A stretch of 64,000 nt of DNA from Chiloscyllium plagiosum (taxonomy: Eukaryota): positions 7,868,676 through 7,932,675 of the forward strand of contig NC_057755.1 of assembly GCF_004010195.1 (NCBI RefSeq). The letters run 5' to 3'. The translations under genes and the position numbers were made by a program. Every line of letters begins with the position of its first letter. The stretch's first letter is position 1. The notes beneath the pieces are model-generated. The model saw only the letters and a list, made by a program, of their open reading frames with translations. It ran no database searches and was not told the origin of the DNA. Positions 1 through 13,471 of the stretch are shown here, piece after piece.

Positions 1-620
1 TAGTCCCAAGTACCGATCCATGCCTTATGTTCACCCACCTTATTTCTGATACTCCTTGCGGTGAAGTATACACACTTGAGCCCATCTCTGTGTCCGCAAG
101 TATTCCCTGTCTGTGCTACCTTCTTCACAGCCTCCCTACATTCTTGGACATCCTGAAAAACAGCTAATCTACTTGCTGGACTACAAGTCCGGATCCCATT
201 CCCCTGCCAAATTAGTTTAAACCCCCCCGAAGAGGGCTAGCAAACTTACCTCCCAGGATATTGGTGCCCTTCTGGTTCAGGTGCAACCCGTCCTGCTTGT
301 ACAGGTCCCACCTTCCCCAGAATGCAGTCCAATTGTCCAAATACCTGAAGCCCTCCCTCCTACACCATCCTTGCAGCCACGTGTTCAACTGCGCTTTCTC
401 CCTATTCCTTGCCTCACTGTCACGTGGCACCGGCAACAACCCACTGAAATATCAATCACTTACCTTCCCGACCAGCTCTGCGCTCCAACCTCACTTCCGC
501 CCAGCTCGCGCCGCTCTCTGCTGAGAAAAGACCGTTGGCGTCGAGGTAAGTTCTTTATATATCACTTACCTTCCCGACCAGCTCTGCGCTCCAACCTCAC
601 TTCCGCTGCTCTCTGCTGAG
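1..620 (-). mobile_element. CR1-type LINE fragment (5' UTR, ORF1 esterase C-terminus, start of endonuclease)
   Basis: ORF 212-439(-) ...LNTWLQGWCRREGFRYLDNW...DGLHLN matches the CR1 ORF1 SGNH esterase. Bases 1-85 on minus read GLKCVYFTARSIRNKV (APE start). A ~60 bp 5'UTR-like segment is duplicated at 455-523 and 561-620. Confidence 0.8.
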
Positions 621-639
621 GGGCGTGTAGTTCCAGTGC

Positions 640-2850
640 ACGAAGGATGAGGGTGGGGAGGGCATGGACAGGATTTAGTGGTATTTGGAAGGTGTTGGCA
701 GACAGCAAGCTGGTTTGAAGTGTGTCTCCTTCAATGCCAGAAGTATCCGAAATAAGGTAGATGAGCTTGCAGCATGGATAGGTACTTGGAATTTCGATTT
801 TGTGGCTACTTCAGAGACATGGATGGAACAGGGTCAGGAATGGATGTTACAGTTTCCAGGATTTAGGTCTTTCATTCAGAACTGACAAGGTGGTAAAGTG
901 GGGGGTGGGGGGGTGGGGGTGGGGGTGAGGGCGTTTGGCCTTCTTAGCCAAGGATAGTATAAGAGTAGCTGAAAATACTTTTGATGAGGGATCGTCTACT
1001 GAGGTTTTATGGGCTGAGGTTAGAAACAGGAGAGGAGAGGTCACACCGCAGAGTTACAGTGAGGTGGAAGGGAGGATTGGCAAAATGATTCTGGGTAGGA
1101 GTGAAAAGAACAGGGAGGTCATTATGGGGGTCTTTAAGTTCCCCAAAATTGATTGGAAATGCAATAGGATGCATAGAATGGCGTAGGAAAATGCAGAGGA
1201 TGGAGACAATTGAAATATAGGGAGGAGATAGCGGAGCCTTTGGCTTCGATGTTTCAGTCGTCATTGTCGATAGGTTTAGAACCAGAGAACAGGAGGATTG
1301 GAAATGTTGTGCCATTTTTCAAGAAGGGCATTAGAGATGACCCAACAAATTATAGACGAGTGAGCCTCACTTCTGTTGTAGGAAAAGTTTTGCAAAGGAT
1401 TATAAGAGATAGGATTTATAATCATCTGGCAAGCAACAATTTAATTGGAGATAGTCAACATGGTTTCGTCAAGGGCAGGTCGTGTCTCACAAACCTCATT
1501 GACTTCTTTGAGAAGGTGGCCAAACATGTTATTGAGGGTAGGGCAGTTGACGTGATGTACATGGACTTCAGTATAACCTTTGATAAGGTTCAACATGGTA
1601 GACTGTTGGAAAAAATACAGAACCATAGGATTGAGGATGATTTAGTAGTTTGGATTAGATACTGGCTTTCTGAAAGAAGGCAGCGAGTGGTGGTTGATTG
1701 AAAATATTCAGCCTGGAATCCGGTTACTAGTGATGTGCCACAAGGATCTGTTTTGGAACCACTGTTGTTTGTCATTTTTGTAAATAACTTAGACGCAGGC
1801 ATAGGTGGATAGGTTAGTAAGTCTGCAGATGACACTAAAGTCAGTAGAGTAGCGGACAGTGTGGGAGAATGTTGCAGCTTGCAGGGGGACTTAGTTAAAC
1901 TATAGAATTTGAGCTGACAGGTGGCAAATGGAGTTCAATGCAACTAAATGTGAGGTGATTCACGTTGGGAAGAATACCAAGGCAGAATACTGGGACAATG
2001 GAAAAATTCTTGGTAGTGTGGATGGGCAGAGGGATTTTGGAGCCCATATGCATAGATCCCTGAAAGTTGCCACCCAGGATGATAGTGCTGTTAAGAAGGC
2101 ATACGCTATGTTAGGTTTCATTGGTAGAGGGATTGAGTTCCAGAGCCATGATGTCATGCTGCCGCCGTGGGGTGGCACGGTGGCTCAGTGGTTAACACTG
2201 CTGCCTCACAGCACAAGGGTCCCAGGTCCAATTCCAGCCTTCAGTGACTGCCTGAGTGGAGTTTTCATATTCTCCCTGTGTCTGCGTGGCTTTCCTCTGG
2301 GTGCTCCGGTTTCCTCCCACAGTCCAAAGATGTGCAGGTCAGGTGAATTGACCATGCTAAATTGCCCATAGTGTTAGGTGCATTAGTTAGAGGAAAATAG
2401 GACTGGGTGGGTTACTCTTCGGAGGGTCGGTGTGGACTTGTTGGGCCGAATGGCATGTTTCCACATTGTAGGGAATCCAATCTAAACTATACAAAATGCT
2501 ATTGCAGCCGCACTTGGAAGATTGTATACCGTTCTGGTACCCCATTACAGGACGGATGTGGAAGCCTTGGAAAAGGTGCAGAGGAGATTGACCAGGTCTG
2601 GAAGGAAGCTCTTATGAGGAAAGGCTGAGAGACTTGGGTCTGTTCGTATCGGAAAGAAGAAGACTAAGAGGGGATTTGATAGAGACATACAAGATGATCA
2701 GAGGTTTAGATAGAGTAGAGAGAGGAAGTCGTTTTCCTGGGATGATGACGTCAGCCTATTCGAGGGGGCGTAACGACAAATTGAGGGGTGCTAGATTTCA
2801 GACAGATGTCATAGGCAGGTTCTTCACTCAGAGAGTAGTAAGCACCAGAT
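640..2850 (+). mobile_element. Decayed CR1 LINE ORF2 (endonuclease + reverse transcriptase), interrupted by a SINE
   Basis: GLKCVSFNARSIRNK (EN); [51 protein letters not shown] and SADDTK (RT); 3' region GLF..ERRRLRGDLIETYK. Multiple stops and frameshifts. Confidence 0.9.
2168..2478 (+). mobile_element. HE1/V-SINE-type tRNA-derived SINE
   Basis: Head ggtggcacggtggctcagtggttaacactgctgcctcacagc (A box), central gtgtctgcgtgg...ctccggtttcctcccacagtccaaagatgtgcagg, CR1-like tail gggccgaatggc..gtttccacattgtaggg. Inserted within CR1. Confidence 0.85.
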
Positions 2851-2899
2851 GTAGTGTTTCCTCCCTTCTTGTCAACCCTTCGACATACTGTGCCAGGAA

Positions 2900-4420
2900 A
2901 CCATCCTGTACACATTGGACAAAAACTGATCCATCCGACGTACTAGAGTTATAGCATTTCCAGTCAATGTTGGGGAAGCTATGTCCCCCATAATGACCAT
3001 CCTGTTCCTTTCACTCCTACCCAGAGTAAGTTTGCTAATCCTCTCTTCCACTTCCCTGCAACTCTGCGGAGGCTGATTTAAAAAAAAACTCCAAGCAGTG
3101 AGACCTCTCCTCTCCTGTTTCTAACCTCAGCCCACACTACCTCAGTAGACGAGTCCTCATCAAAAGTTCTTTCAGACACTGTAATACTATCCTTGATTAA
3201 TAAGGCCACACCTGCCCCTCTTGGAAGATCTAAACCCTGGAACCTGCAACATCCAGTCCTCACCCTGCTTTATCCATGTCTCTGAAATGGCCACAACATT
3301 GAAGTCCTAGGTAACTATCCATGCTGCAAGCTTACCTTCTGTATTTCAGTAGACACACTTCAAACCAGCTTGTTGTCTGCCAGCACAGTCCTGTGACCGT
3401 GAAATCCTGCCCCTGTCCTCCCCACTCTCATCCACCTTAACACTGAAACTACACCTCAGGTTCCCAAACTCCTGCTGAGCGAGTTTAAACCCCCCTGAAT
3501 AGCACCAGCAAATTTCCCAACCAGGATATTAGTACCCCTCTGGTTCAAGTGAAGACGGTCCTGTTTGTAGAGGTCCCACCTTCCCCAAAATGAGCTCCAA
3601 TTATCCAAGTACCTGAAACCCTCCCTCCTGCGCCATCCTTGCAGCCACGTATTCAGCTGATACCTCTCCCTATTCCATGCTTCGCTATCACGTGGCATGG
3701 GTAACAAACCAGAGATAACAACTCTATTTGTTCTAGCTTTCAGCTTCCACCCTAGCTTCCTGAAATCCTGTCCTACATCCCTATCCCTCTTTCTCCCTAT
3801 GTCGTTGGTACCTATATGGACCACGACTTGAGGTTGGTCACCCTCTCCCTTCAGGATGCCCCAGATACGATGCAACACACCATGGACCCTCGCACCTGGG
3901 AGGCAACACACCAACCGTGAGACTCGTTCATTCCCATCAAACCTTCTATCTGAGCCTCTAACTATTGAGTCCCCAATGACTCACACTCTCCTGCTTTCCC
4001 TCCTTCCCTTCTGTGCAATAGGGACAGGCTCTGTGCCAGAGACCTGGGCCCTTCTGCGTACCCCTGGTAAGCTCCCCCCCAAACAGTATCCAAAAGTGTA
4101 TACATGTTTTTCAGGGGAACAACCACAATGTTCTCCACTGACTGTTTTCCCCCCTTCGAACAGTCACCCAGCTTTCTTATCTATCACAGCATCTGCCTCC
4201 CGAATGATCCGAAGTTCATCCAGCTCCCGCTCCAGTTCCATAACACAGTCTTGGAGAAGCAAGAGTTGGGTGCATTTCCTGCAGATGTACTTGGATGGGA
4301 CACTAATGGCGATCCTCACCTCAAACATCATGCAGGAGGAATAAAGCTCTCCCTGCACTGCCATCCCTGCTAGTCCCCTTGTCGGAAAGTAAAAAAGAAG
4401 AGACACTTACCTGATGTGCC
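2900..4420 (-). mobile_element. CR1 LINE 5' half: ORF1 (Zn finger/leucine zipper + esterase) and endonuclease
   Basis: 4164-4406(-) SSCMMFEV...YICRKCTQLLLLQDCVMELERELDEL; 3456-3914(-) CLPGARV...VVVHIGTNDIG...DRLHLN; 3078-3263(-) GVALLIKDSI...EVVWAEVRN. Confidence 0.9.
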
Positions 4421-4589
4421 CCTGGTCTTTAAGTTTGGAGGAGGTGGTTGGACAGAAAAAAATACCTCCTTTCCTAGAAACCTCTGCTCTCTGATTTCAA
4501 ATATAAAAGCTCAACTCAGTGACTCACCACTCCCCGCAGGCCCATGGTCCAAGCTCCCGCCCTCCAGATGCTGCTGCTGCTGCTGAAAA

Positions 4590-5230
4590 ACAGATGTTGG
4601 TGTTCAGTTCCATTTTCCCCTGAAGTTGGCTTGCATTCCTTCATCAGACTCGGTTGTGAGTACAACAGTTGGAAGTCATTTACAGTTGTATTGGACTTCA
4701 GTTCATCACATGTGGAAAACTGCGTGCAGTTCTGTTTGCCACATTATCAGAAGGATGTGGATGTTTAGAGAGGGTACAGGAGAGGTTCACCAGAATGTTC
4801 CCTGGCATGGAGGGCGCTAGCTATGAAGAGAGGTTAAGTAGGTTAGGATTATTTTCATGAGAAAGACTGAGGTTGAGGGAGGACCTGATTGAGGTCCACA
4901 AAATCATGAGTGGTACAGCCAGGGTGGATAGCAAGAGACTTTTACCCAGAATTGGGGGCTCACTGACTAGAGCTCACGAGTTCAAGGGAAGAGGGGAAAC
5001 ATTTAAGCAAAATATGTGCGTAAAGTTCTTTACGCAAATGGTGATGGGTGTCTGGACCACTTTGCCAGTGGAGGTCGGATAGGCAGGCACGATTGCGTCA
5101 TTTAAGATGTAGCTAGGTAGTTACATAACTGGGCAGGGAGCAGATGGATAGGCGACAGGTTTAGATAATGGATCTGGATCAGCGCAGAGTTGGAGGGCCT
5201 TAGGGCCTGTTCCAGTGCTGTAATTTTCTT
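4590..5230 (+). mobile_element. CR1 LINE 3' end
   Basis: LERVQERFTRMFPGMEGASYEERLSRLGLFS, REDLIEVHKIM, and typical 3' tail gggcc..agggcctgttccagtgctgtaa. Confidence 0.85.
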
Positions 5231-5799
5231 TGATCCTTGTTGTTTGCTTCTGCCTCTGTCCTAAAGGGCCGTGCTCATTCTGAGACAGTGTTCTTGCATC
5301 CCAGAATCCCCTTCAAATGGGAAAAATTTATTTCTTCATGATCACTGCATACAGGCCTCGCAGCATTCTGCATGTTTTAATCAGATCTCCGCCACATTCT
5401 TCTAAGTTCAATCGACTACAGACTCAGACCTCTCAACTACTCAACTGATAATAAGCCCTATATCGCTGGGATGATTCTTTTAAATTTCCTCTGGATCCAA
5501 CCAACACTAGCAGAACATTTTTAAGATAAGAAGCCTGCACCTGCTCACAACATTCCAAATGCAGTCTGACAAGAGCCGAGTACAATTTCAGCAGTCCATT
5601 CCTGCTCATATATTCTAGTTCTCTTGAAATGAGTGCTTACGTTGCATTTGCTTTTCTAACTAACAATTGCACCTGTATGTTAACCTTAAGAACATACTGA
5701 ACTATGTTTATTAATTAAATGCTGTCATCTCCACGTAACTTGACCCCTGCAGCAGCCTCCTGTCCCTCTTCCGCTATCACACACCAACAGACATCTGGT

Positions 5800-7280
5800 A
5801 CCCTCTTCCATTTTGTCAACTGGAACATGTACGGGTGGAGATAGGAATGAGAGGAAATATTAAATACTGGTGGGTTTTTTCTACGGACTCCAAACAGTAC
5901 TGGAAACATACGGGAACACATTATAAAGGAGAACTACACTGTACGGTTGCCAGCAGATAGGCAATGGGGATACGTCTGGAATGCATGCATGAGTTACAAA
6001 TAATTATTCCTTCCTCTGGTGCAAAAATAATACAAGGAAGTTGACAGTGGGCAGCCCTACGTGACTCCAGAGCTGACTGGGAAGCTTTTATATTTCTAAC
6101 CATTAACTGAGACTGCACTACAGGTGTTAGTATAGAGCAACCGAATGCAATTGCAGATTCCCTCCCCAAGCCCTTTGTGTAGGGCACGTTCCATATGTAG
6201 GTCTGCAGTATACTGAGAAAGGTCTTCTCCTGGTCCAGGCTGGTGAGATATGTATTCACTCTCTGTCCTCCACAAATGTGATTATATCCCTGAAGAGCAC
6301 GTGGCTGTCCGAGATTGCCTTGCTCGCCACGGGGCAGGTTTGGTCAAGATGAATCACCGATTCCAGAGCAGACCTGCCCTGGGTGGCGATGACATTAGAC
6401 AGGATTTTGTGATCTGCATTCAGCAGTGAAATTAGTACCAATTTCTAATTTCTTCTCTCTCTCCCGACCGCTAGTAGGTAATGATGATGGATGGATTCGT
6501 GCAGGCTACCTCCTAGAAAGAGACTGTCGTATGCCTCCAGGAGTTCCTGCCTAATAAAGTCCCACAGAGCTACGCTTCTGGGCCTTTTCTTTTCTTTTCT
6601 GAGGACTCCATGGCCATGGTGATCTCATCCAGAGAACACGTTTGATCCAGCCTCTCCTTTGTTGTGACCTATGACATAGACATCAGGATCGATTTGGAGG
6701 CCTCTTTGTTTGTGGGCTTTAAGTCGTTCAGTCCGGCATAAAATAATTTGTCGATCTTCAGAATGTCAGACTGAGATGACGCTATCATGCCAACTTCTTT
6801 CTGACTGTTGGGCACAGAGCTCTCCCTGTACAACTTCTGGAAGAAGAAACGTGAAAACGTCTCATCCGGCTCCATTCTGCACAGCCTGGACCAGAAGATT
6901 AATGTGGACGCCTCCACCATCTGCAGCTCTAGTCTGTTCTGTAAGATTTCCTGCAGCTTGGACAGTTGGGCTGTCTCTCTCTCTCTCTCTTTTTCCTTCC
7001 AAACACCTCTGAGAATAAAGAACCTCCTCAAGTTTTGCTTCAATGTTTCCCATCAGCATGCTTGAGACTCAAAGAGAGCTTCACAGTTATCCAACCTGTG
7101 AAATTTCTGTTGAGCACCTGAATGTTTTCTCGGGTCAGCAATTTCAGGTTCAGCTTCAACGTTCCCTTCTAAGCCGGCTGGACATCCCATAGAGAAACGC
7201 CGGTTTGACATGCAGCACAGAAACAGGAAATCTATCCATGAGCGGATAGACCCATCTGGTCGTTACCAGGTGTATCTTCA
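5800..7280 (-). mobile_element. Decayed Tx1/L1-clade LINE (RT N-terminal region)
   Basis: 6256-6441(-) ISLLNADHKILSNVIA...SVIHLDQTC..A.KAISDS; 5921-6259(-) SLDQEKTF; 6669-7043(-) ETFSRFFFQK. These match Tx1-type ORF2 motifs. Confidence 0.75.
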
Positions 7281-7294
7281 CCGCACGAAATTAC

Positions 7295-7410
7295 CAATAA
7301 ACAATATTACTAATGTATAAACACCAACAGCTCCAAGACACAATAATATTTATGTATAAGTATCAACAGCTCAAATACACAACAACATTGAAATAACAAC
7401 ATAAACACAA
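7295..7410. repeat. Degenerate AT-rich ~37-bp tandem repeat (left half of a split array)
   Basis: Units like aacagctc(c/a)a..acacaa(t/c)aa(t/c)att. The same motif resumes at ~15905-16290. Confidence 0.55.
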
Positions 7411-7419
7411 AATGCTCCC

Positions 7420-8022
7420 CGGACACAGAATGCCTTATGGTGAAATGCTGTCTGCCACGCGAGTTTACCTCTTCTGTCCTGACATCAGTCGCCATAACAG
7501 CCCAAGCAGATGTGAAGAAATTTACACTGCCACAATTACACTGGACCTGAAATTTCACAACGCCTTATTCAACACGGCCAGTGACTTTAACCAGGCCAAT
7601 CCCAAGACGGTGCAGCCAAAATGCGACCAACATAGCTGCTGCCCCACTGGAGAGCTGAATATCCTGAATAATTGCTACACCATTATCAAAGACGCCTATC
7701 GCTTTATCACTCGTCCACAGTTCGGAAAATCAGACCAAATCACTGTGTTCCTCTCTAAACAAAAAATGAGCAGCTGAAAACGTGGAGAGACCTTTATTGG
7801 GCAGAATAAAATATTGGTCCGAGAACAGCATCTCCAGGACACCTTGGAAAGGGTGTAATGGTCCGTATTCAAGTACTCAGTGTAACACCTAGACCAGTAT
7901 GCTGCAAACATCACGGACTTCATGAGCAAATTTGCGAAGGATTATGTGTCAAAAAAGTCAATCTGAGTTCATCAAACCGGAAGCACTGGATGAACCAGGA
8001 AATCCACTGCCAACTAAAGACC
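7420..8022 (+). mobile_element. Rex1/Babar-like LINE, 5' part (endonuclease C-terminus)
   Basis: 7412-7777 DFNQAN...QHSCCPTG.LNILNNCYTIIKDAYR.ITRPQFGKSD; 7858-8020 NRKHWMNQEIHCQLKT. The element continues after the LTR insertion at ~14140. Confidence 0.75.
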
Positions 8023-8055
8023 GGGGGCGGGGGGGGGGGGGGGCGGTGTAACTAT

Positions 8056-8736
8056 TGTGATGATGCTGCTCCTTTAAGAAGGTTATACTGTCCTTGGCCT
8101 TTTTTTTCATAGAGGCCGGAAGTGCAACGATTCCAAAAAAGTAGATTTGAATGGTCTTTGGACAAAATTGATTATAGCTAATGCCTCAGGCAAAAAAAAA
8201 CTTTCAAGTCTAATAAAAATCACTTGTATAATGGAAGAGGAGTGGCCGGTTTATCCAGCTCAGCCTACTCTGGTTTGGTTTGGCTCTTAGCATCCTGTCT
8301 TTTCATTGAAAGCAGTCAATCAGTTCGAGGCTGCTGGCCCAGTAAACAGCGACATGCAAGAAATTGTTCCATGCTGAATCTCTCTCTCTCTCTCTCTCGC
8401 TATCTCTCCTGTGAGACCCTGTATTTGATTTTACCTTTTCTATTCACCAAGGGGTGTTTATCGGAATTTTTGCAGGAAGTTGGAACAGCATCATTAAGTT
8501 GGGGTTGTCTGTTGGTTTTTTGGACAGGCTAAGTTATTCTTTATTCAGTTCACTTTTGTTCGTCTGCCATTCGGTAGTATTGCAAATACGTTCTGTTTTG
8601 TGCAAACCTAAGTGGATTGGCCAGCTACACCACTCCTGGAGTATTCACACGATACCTGCTTAAAACAAATAAAAAAAAAATAGGGTCCGGGCTACTTTCT
8701 TGAAATGTTCTGAGCGGCCTGCCCTGGACCATAACA
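8056..8736 (+). repeat. 5' LTR of Gmr1-like element 1
   Basis: Starts tgtgatgatgctgctcctttaa and ends ggaccataaca. Colinear with 13472-14135. Confidence 0.8.
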
Positions 8737-10828
8737 GCTTGGAGGGTCTCTGCATGATTTGTTATGTGGTTACGATTTAGGGATGCGGTCATTAGACACC
8801 AAGGCAGTGAGTGGTAAATGTTAGTGTCTTTTGTTTGGGGTGTTGAATTTGTTTGGTTTAAACAGTACTTGGGATAGCAATGGCTCTTTCAGTAACTAAG
8901 AGTTTTCTGCGGGTAAAAGAAGTGACTTTGGGGGTTTTACGAAAGTTGAATGAGGCCAAGTTGCAGGTATTATCAGACAAGCTGGAGTTATAGCTGCTTC
9001 CCTCTGTGAGGAAAGGAGATTGATTTCAACAGTAGCTCAGCATTTAAATTTGCAGGAAACCCCATCAGACTCTTTAGAAATGGCTAAAACTCAGTTGAAA
9101 ATGAAACAGCGTGAGTTAGAGGCGAAAGACAATGCAAGGTTAACGGAAATATAATAGTTTGAATTAACATTAAAAGCAGAGGAAAGAGAAAAAAGAAGGA
9201 ATCGATTCAGCAGAACAAATAAAAGAAGAGAGAGGAAAAGAGAGAGAGGAAAGGATGAAAGAGAGGGAACTTCAGAAGTTGCAACTGAGACAGGAGTTCA
9301 AAAAATCACTTCCTGTACTAGTGAAACCTCATGTGGAAGAGCAGGGAGTAAGATTGGCAAGGTTCTCCTCTGAAATAGGTAATGATCACCGTTTTGTGCA
9401 TTAATCAAAATGTGGCTCCTAATATCAATTTCAATCCATGACAGATGCAAATTGGGGAAAAGAGAAATCCTCACGTGGAAGTGGAAATGTAGATCTCGGT
9501 GAAGATCATCAGGAAAACTTACCATTGGGCAATAATTAAAAGAATGTAGGGGAAACAGAAGGCAAAAGCTCCGATGTTTTCACTGCAATAAAGTAGGCCG
9601 CATGAAATCGCTGTGTTGCTGGGTTAGGAGAAGCAGTGGGAAGCCAGATGTAGGAAAACAGGATAAGCCAGTGAATGCTGTTGGAATGATAATGGAAAAT
9701 CCAGTTGAGGTTAGAAATCTGCACCACAATGTACAAACTCGTCGGAGGTTGGTTAAGGAGCTGGTGTCAGACCCTCTGAAACGATAAACCTGTGAAAATA
9801 ATGTTTACTCGCATAGGGCAGGTGTAGTAGTTAAAGAAATTGCAATATTAGTAGATACAAGGTATTCTCAATCTGTGATGTTGAAGGATGAGGAGATGTG
9901 TTTGAAGGACTATAGACTTTCACACCACATCAAGAAGCAGTCAATTATGTAAAGTGAGGTTAGCATGTCCAGTGAAGAGTGGAGAAGTTGTGGTAGGAGT
10001 ACTGGACAAACTCCCAGCTCCAGAATATAATTTGTCCTTGATAACGACATAGCTGGTTCACAGGTAGGAGTGCTGCCTACTGTCGTTGAAAAGCCAGTAG
10101 TTAACCGAGGTATTTCATGAAGCATATCCTGGGATATTTCCTGACTGAGTGGCCACGAGGTCACAAAATCACCAGTTGAAACAGGAAAGGTCAAAGAGTA
10201 CAGACACACAAGTTGAAGTGGAGTTAGCAGAGACCCTGTTTGATAAAATTGTTAGGAAAAACCAGGAGCAGAAAGATAACAAAGCAGATATCCTTAGCTT
10301 AGAGAAATTAACTGAGTTACTATGGAAAGATGAAAAGTTAAAGCAATTGTACGAAAAGGCATAGACAGAAAAAAATCTGAATGCATCCTCGAATGTTACT
10401 ATGGAAAAAATATGTTAATGAGGAAATAGAGACCATGACATATTCAGGTAGATGCAAAATGGTTAGAAGTTCATCAAGTCATTTTGCCAATCTGTTAAAG
10501 AAACGAAGTATTGTAGGAAGTAGGGTATCATTTAGGAATGATGAAAACGTAGGCTAAAATAGGAAAACAATTTTACTGGCCTGGACTGCAGAAGGATGCA
10601 GTTGAATTTTGCCAGACATGCCATATGTATCAGATAATTGGAAAACCACAGGCAGCAACAAAATCTGCAACTTCAATACCTATTCCTGCATTAATTGATT
10701 GTGTAGGACTCCTACATAAAATGTAAAGTGGGAACCAGGTATTTGTTAAAAACAATGGATTAGTCCACCAGATTTCCAGAGGCCGTTCTATTTTGCAATA
10801 TCACAGCTAAAAGGATTGCAGAGGATTT

Positions 10829-11363
10829 NNNNNNNNNNNNNNNNNNNNNNNNNNNNNNNNNNNNNNNNNNNNNNNNNNNNNNNNNNNNNNNNNNNNNNNN
10901 NNNNNNNNNNNNNNNNNNNNNNNNNNNNNNNNNNNNNNNNNNNNNNNNNNNNNNNNNNNNNNNNNNNNNNNNNNNNNNNNNNNNNNNNNNNNNNNNNNNN
11001 NNNNNNNNNNNNNNNNNNNNNNNNNNNNNNNNNNNNNNNNNNNNNNNNNNNNNNNNNNNNNNNNNNNNNNNNNNNNNNNNNNNNNNNNNNNNNNNNNNNN
11101 NNNNNNNNNNNNNNNNNNNNNNNNNNNNNNNNNNNNNNNNNNNNNNNNNNNNNNNNNNNNNNNNNNNNNNNNNNNNNNNNNNNNNNNNNNNNNNNNNNNN
11201 NNNNNNNNNNNNNNNNNNNNNNNNNNNNNNNNNNNNNNNNNNNNNNNNNNNNNNNNNNNNNNNNNNNNNNNNNNNNNNNNNNNNNNNNNNNNNNNNNNNN
11301 NNNNNNNNNNNNNNNNNNNNNNNNNNNNNNNNNNNNNNNNNNNNNNNNNNNNNNNNNNNNNNN
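10829..11363. other. Assembly gap (535 N)
   Basis: Run of N inside the integrase region. Confidence 1.
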
Positions 11364-13471
11364 TTTTTGCGAACGGGATGCACCAAATGGATCGACAAAA
11401 TTCAGACAATTTGTATTCGTTTTTGAGCATGTTTGAGAGGACCAGTAAAATCGGTTAAGAAGAAATCCCTCAATCAAAATTCAGAAACCACATATTTGGA
11501 TGTCTGTCAAATTTCGGGAATGATTAAATAGAGTGGAGACGTTGTCTATAGAGCATTTAAAAGTATCACAGCATTCAGTGAAACATGAAACAAGCAAGAA
11601 ATCAAAACATCACAATGTTTCTGTTGGTAGTAATGTGTTAGTTTTGTATCCAGTGACAGGTGAATCTTTGAAAGCAAGGTTTAATGGACCTTATTAAGTC
11701 GTAAGCAATTTGAGAGATGTGAACTATTTGATAAGAACTCCAGACAGAAATAAATCTCACAGAGCGTGTCATGTGAATATGCTCAAAAGGTATTTTGACA
11801 GGGAAGAAAATCCAAAGGATACCACCTTATTGGCTACAGGACAGAACGAAGAAGCATTTACAGAGAATTGTGAATTTGACATTCCTCAAATTAAATTGGA
11901 AAATGAGGTATTTGTCAAAAACTGCCTGCCAGAGGAAAATAGAAATGACCTGAAAGAGTTATTACTATCATATAGGGAGATATATGGAAATTATGCTGGG
12001 AAATACTAACCTAATTGTGCATTATGCAGCTATAGGAGATGCTGTTCCGATTAAATAACATCTCAGAGGCATAAACCTCTAAAACTGGCACAAGCTCAAT
12101 GAATGCAATGTTCCAAGATGATATAATCGAAGTAAATTACAGTGACTGGAGCTTACCCATAGCAATGGTGCCAAAAATAAATGGTACCCAGCAGCTACGT
12201 GTGGACAGTCACAAAGTCAATACCATTGCAAAGACTAATGCTTATCTGATTGCACGTTTGGAAGACTGTGTGGAAAAGGTGGGACAAGCAACTTATATTT
12301 CTAAGTTGGACTTGATCAGACAATATTGGTTGGTTCCTTTGTGCAAAAGAACAATAACAAATTCTGCTTTTGTAATGCCAAATGGACGGTATCAGTTTAA
12401 AGTATTTCGGCATTTGGTATGAAAACTGCAACTGCCACATTTCCGAAACAAACCAATATGTTCATTGTCGGATTGTCCAGTTGTATCGTTATACTAATGA
12501 CCTGGTATTTTTAGTCGCACATGGAAGGAACATTTGCAACATTTATCAGACTTATTTGATTGACCTCGGAAGATGATAAACCTGTCTAAAAGTGAATTTG
12601 CCAAAGCTTGCTCGGCCATATTAATGAGCCATATTATTGGACATGGACAAATGGCCCCACAGAATGCAAAAAAAAAAGTACAGGTATTTAGGTAGCTTCC
12701 CATGCAAACGATGAAAAGAGTAGGATTACGATTCCTGGGATTGAGGAGTTTTTATCAAAATGAAGTAACAAATGTTAGCATTGTGGCTGCGTCACTTACT
12801 GAATTGCCGATGAAAGGCAAGACATTTCAACGGACTGCAAACTGACAGAAGGCATTTGGCAGCCTGAGATTTATAACAACCACTGTCTTATTATGAGGCC
12901 ACGCCTAATTGTGCAAAGCCAGTCAAAGTAGCTATTGCTGTAAGTCATGTAGGTGTTTGTGTTGTGCTCGTAGAAGGAGATGATGAGAAAATATGAAGAC
13001 CTATTTCTCCAGGAAATCGAACATTCATCAGCAGAAATGTTCAACAGTTGAGAAGGAGACATTGAGTTTGGTGCTGGCGTTGCAACATTTCAATGGCCAT
13101 GTTACCAGTAATGTATCCAAGACAATCATATAGACTCCTCATAACTGATTGAGGTTTGTGGAGAAAGTTAATAACAAAATGCCAGACTGTTGAGTTGGAG
13201 CTTGTTGTTACAGCCATTCTATTGAAAACTGTGCATGTGGCACGACGCGAAAATGTAATTGTCGATGCATTGTCAAGACTTGAATGAGAAATGGAAGCAT
13301 TCGGTGTCAACCGTAAAATAGACTGAAACAATATGTAGTAGTGCATGTTTGCATGATTATAGTCAATTTAATGTATATATGTGCTGTAGAGTAGTAACAG
13401 TTTAAAATTAAGGAGTTTTAAAATGAAACTGTTTTTGGATATTGATTGTTCATTTTTGTTAAGGGGCGAGG

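Noticed and set aside
896..935. G-quadruplex-like G tract as a functional element
   Set aside because: It is an expansion of the G-rich codon run (GGGVA motif) within a dead CR1 endonuclease.
2168..2240. SINE heads as tRNA genes
   Set aside because: They are followed by the SINE body and a LINE-like tail and have no complete cloverleaf; the same holds for the other SINE copies.
10760..11477. 200+ aa ORFs
   Set aside because: Artefacts of translating through N runs; the same applies to 42743-43482.
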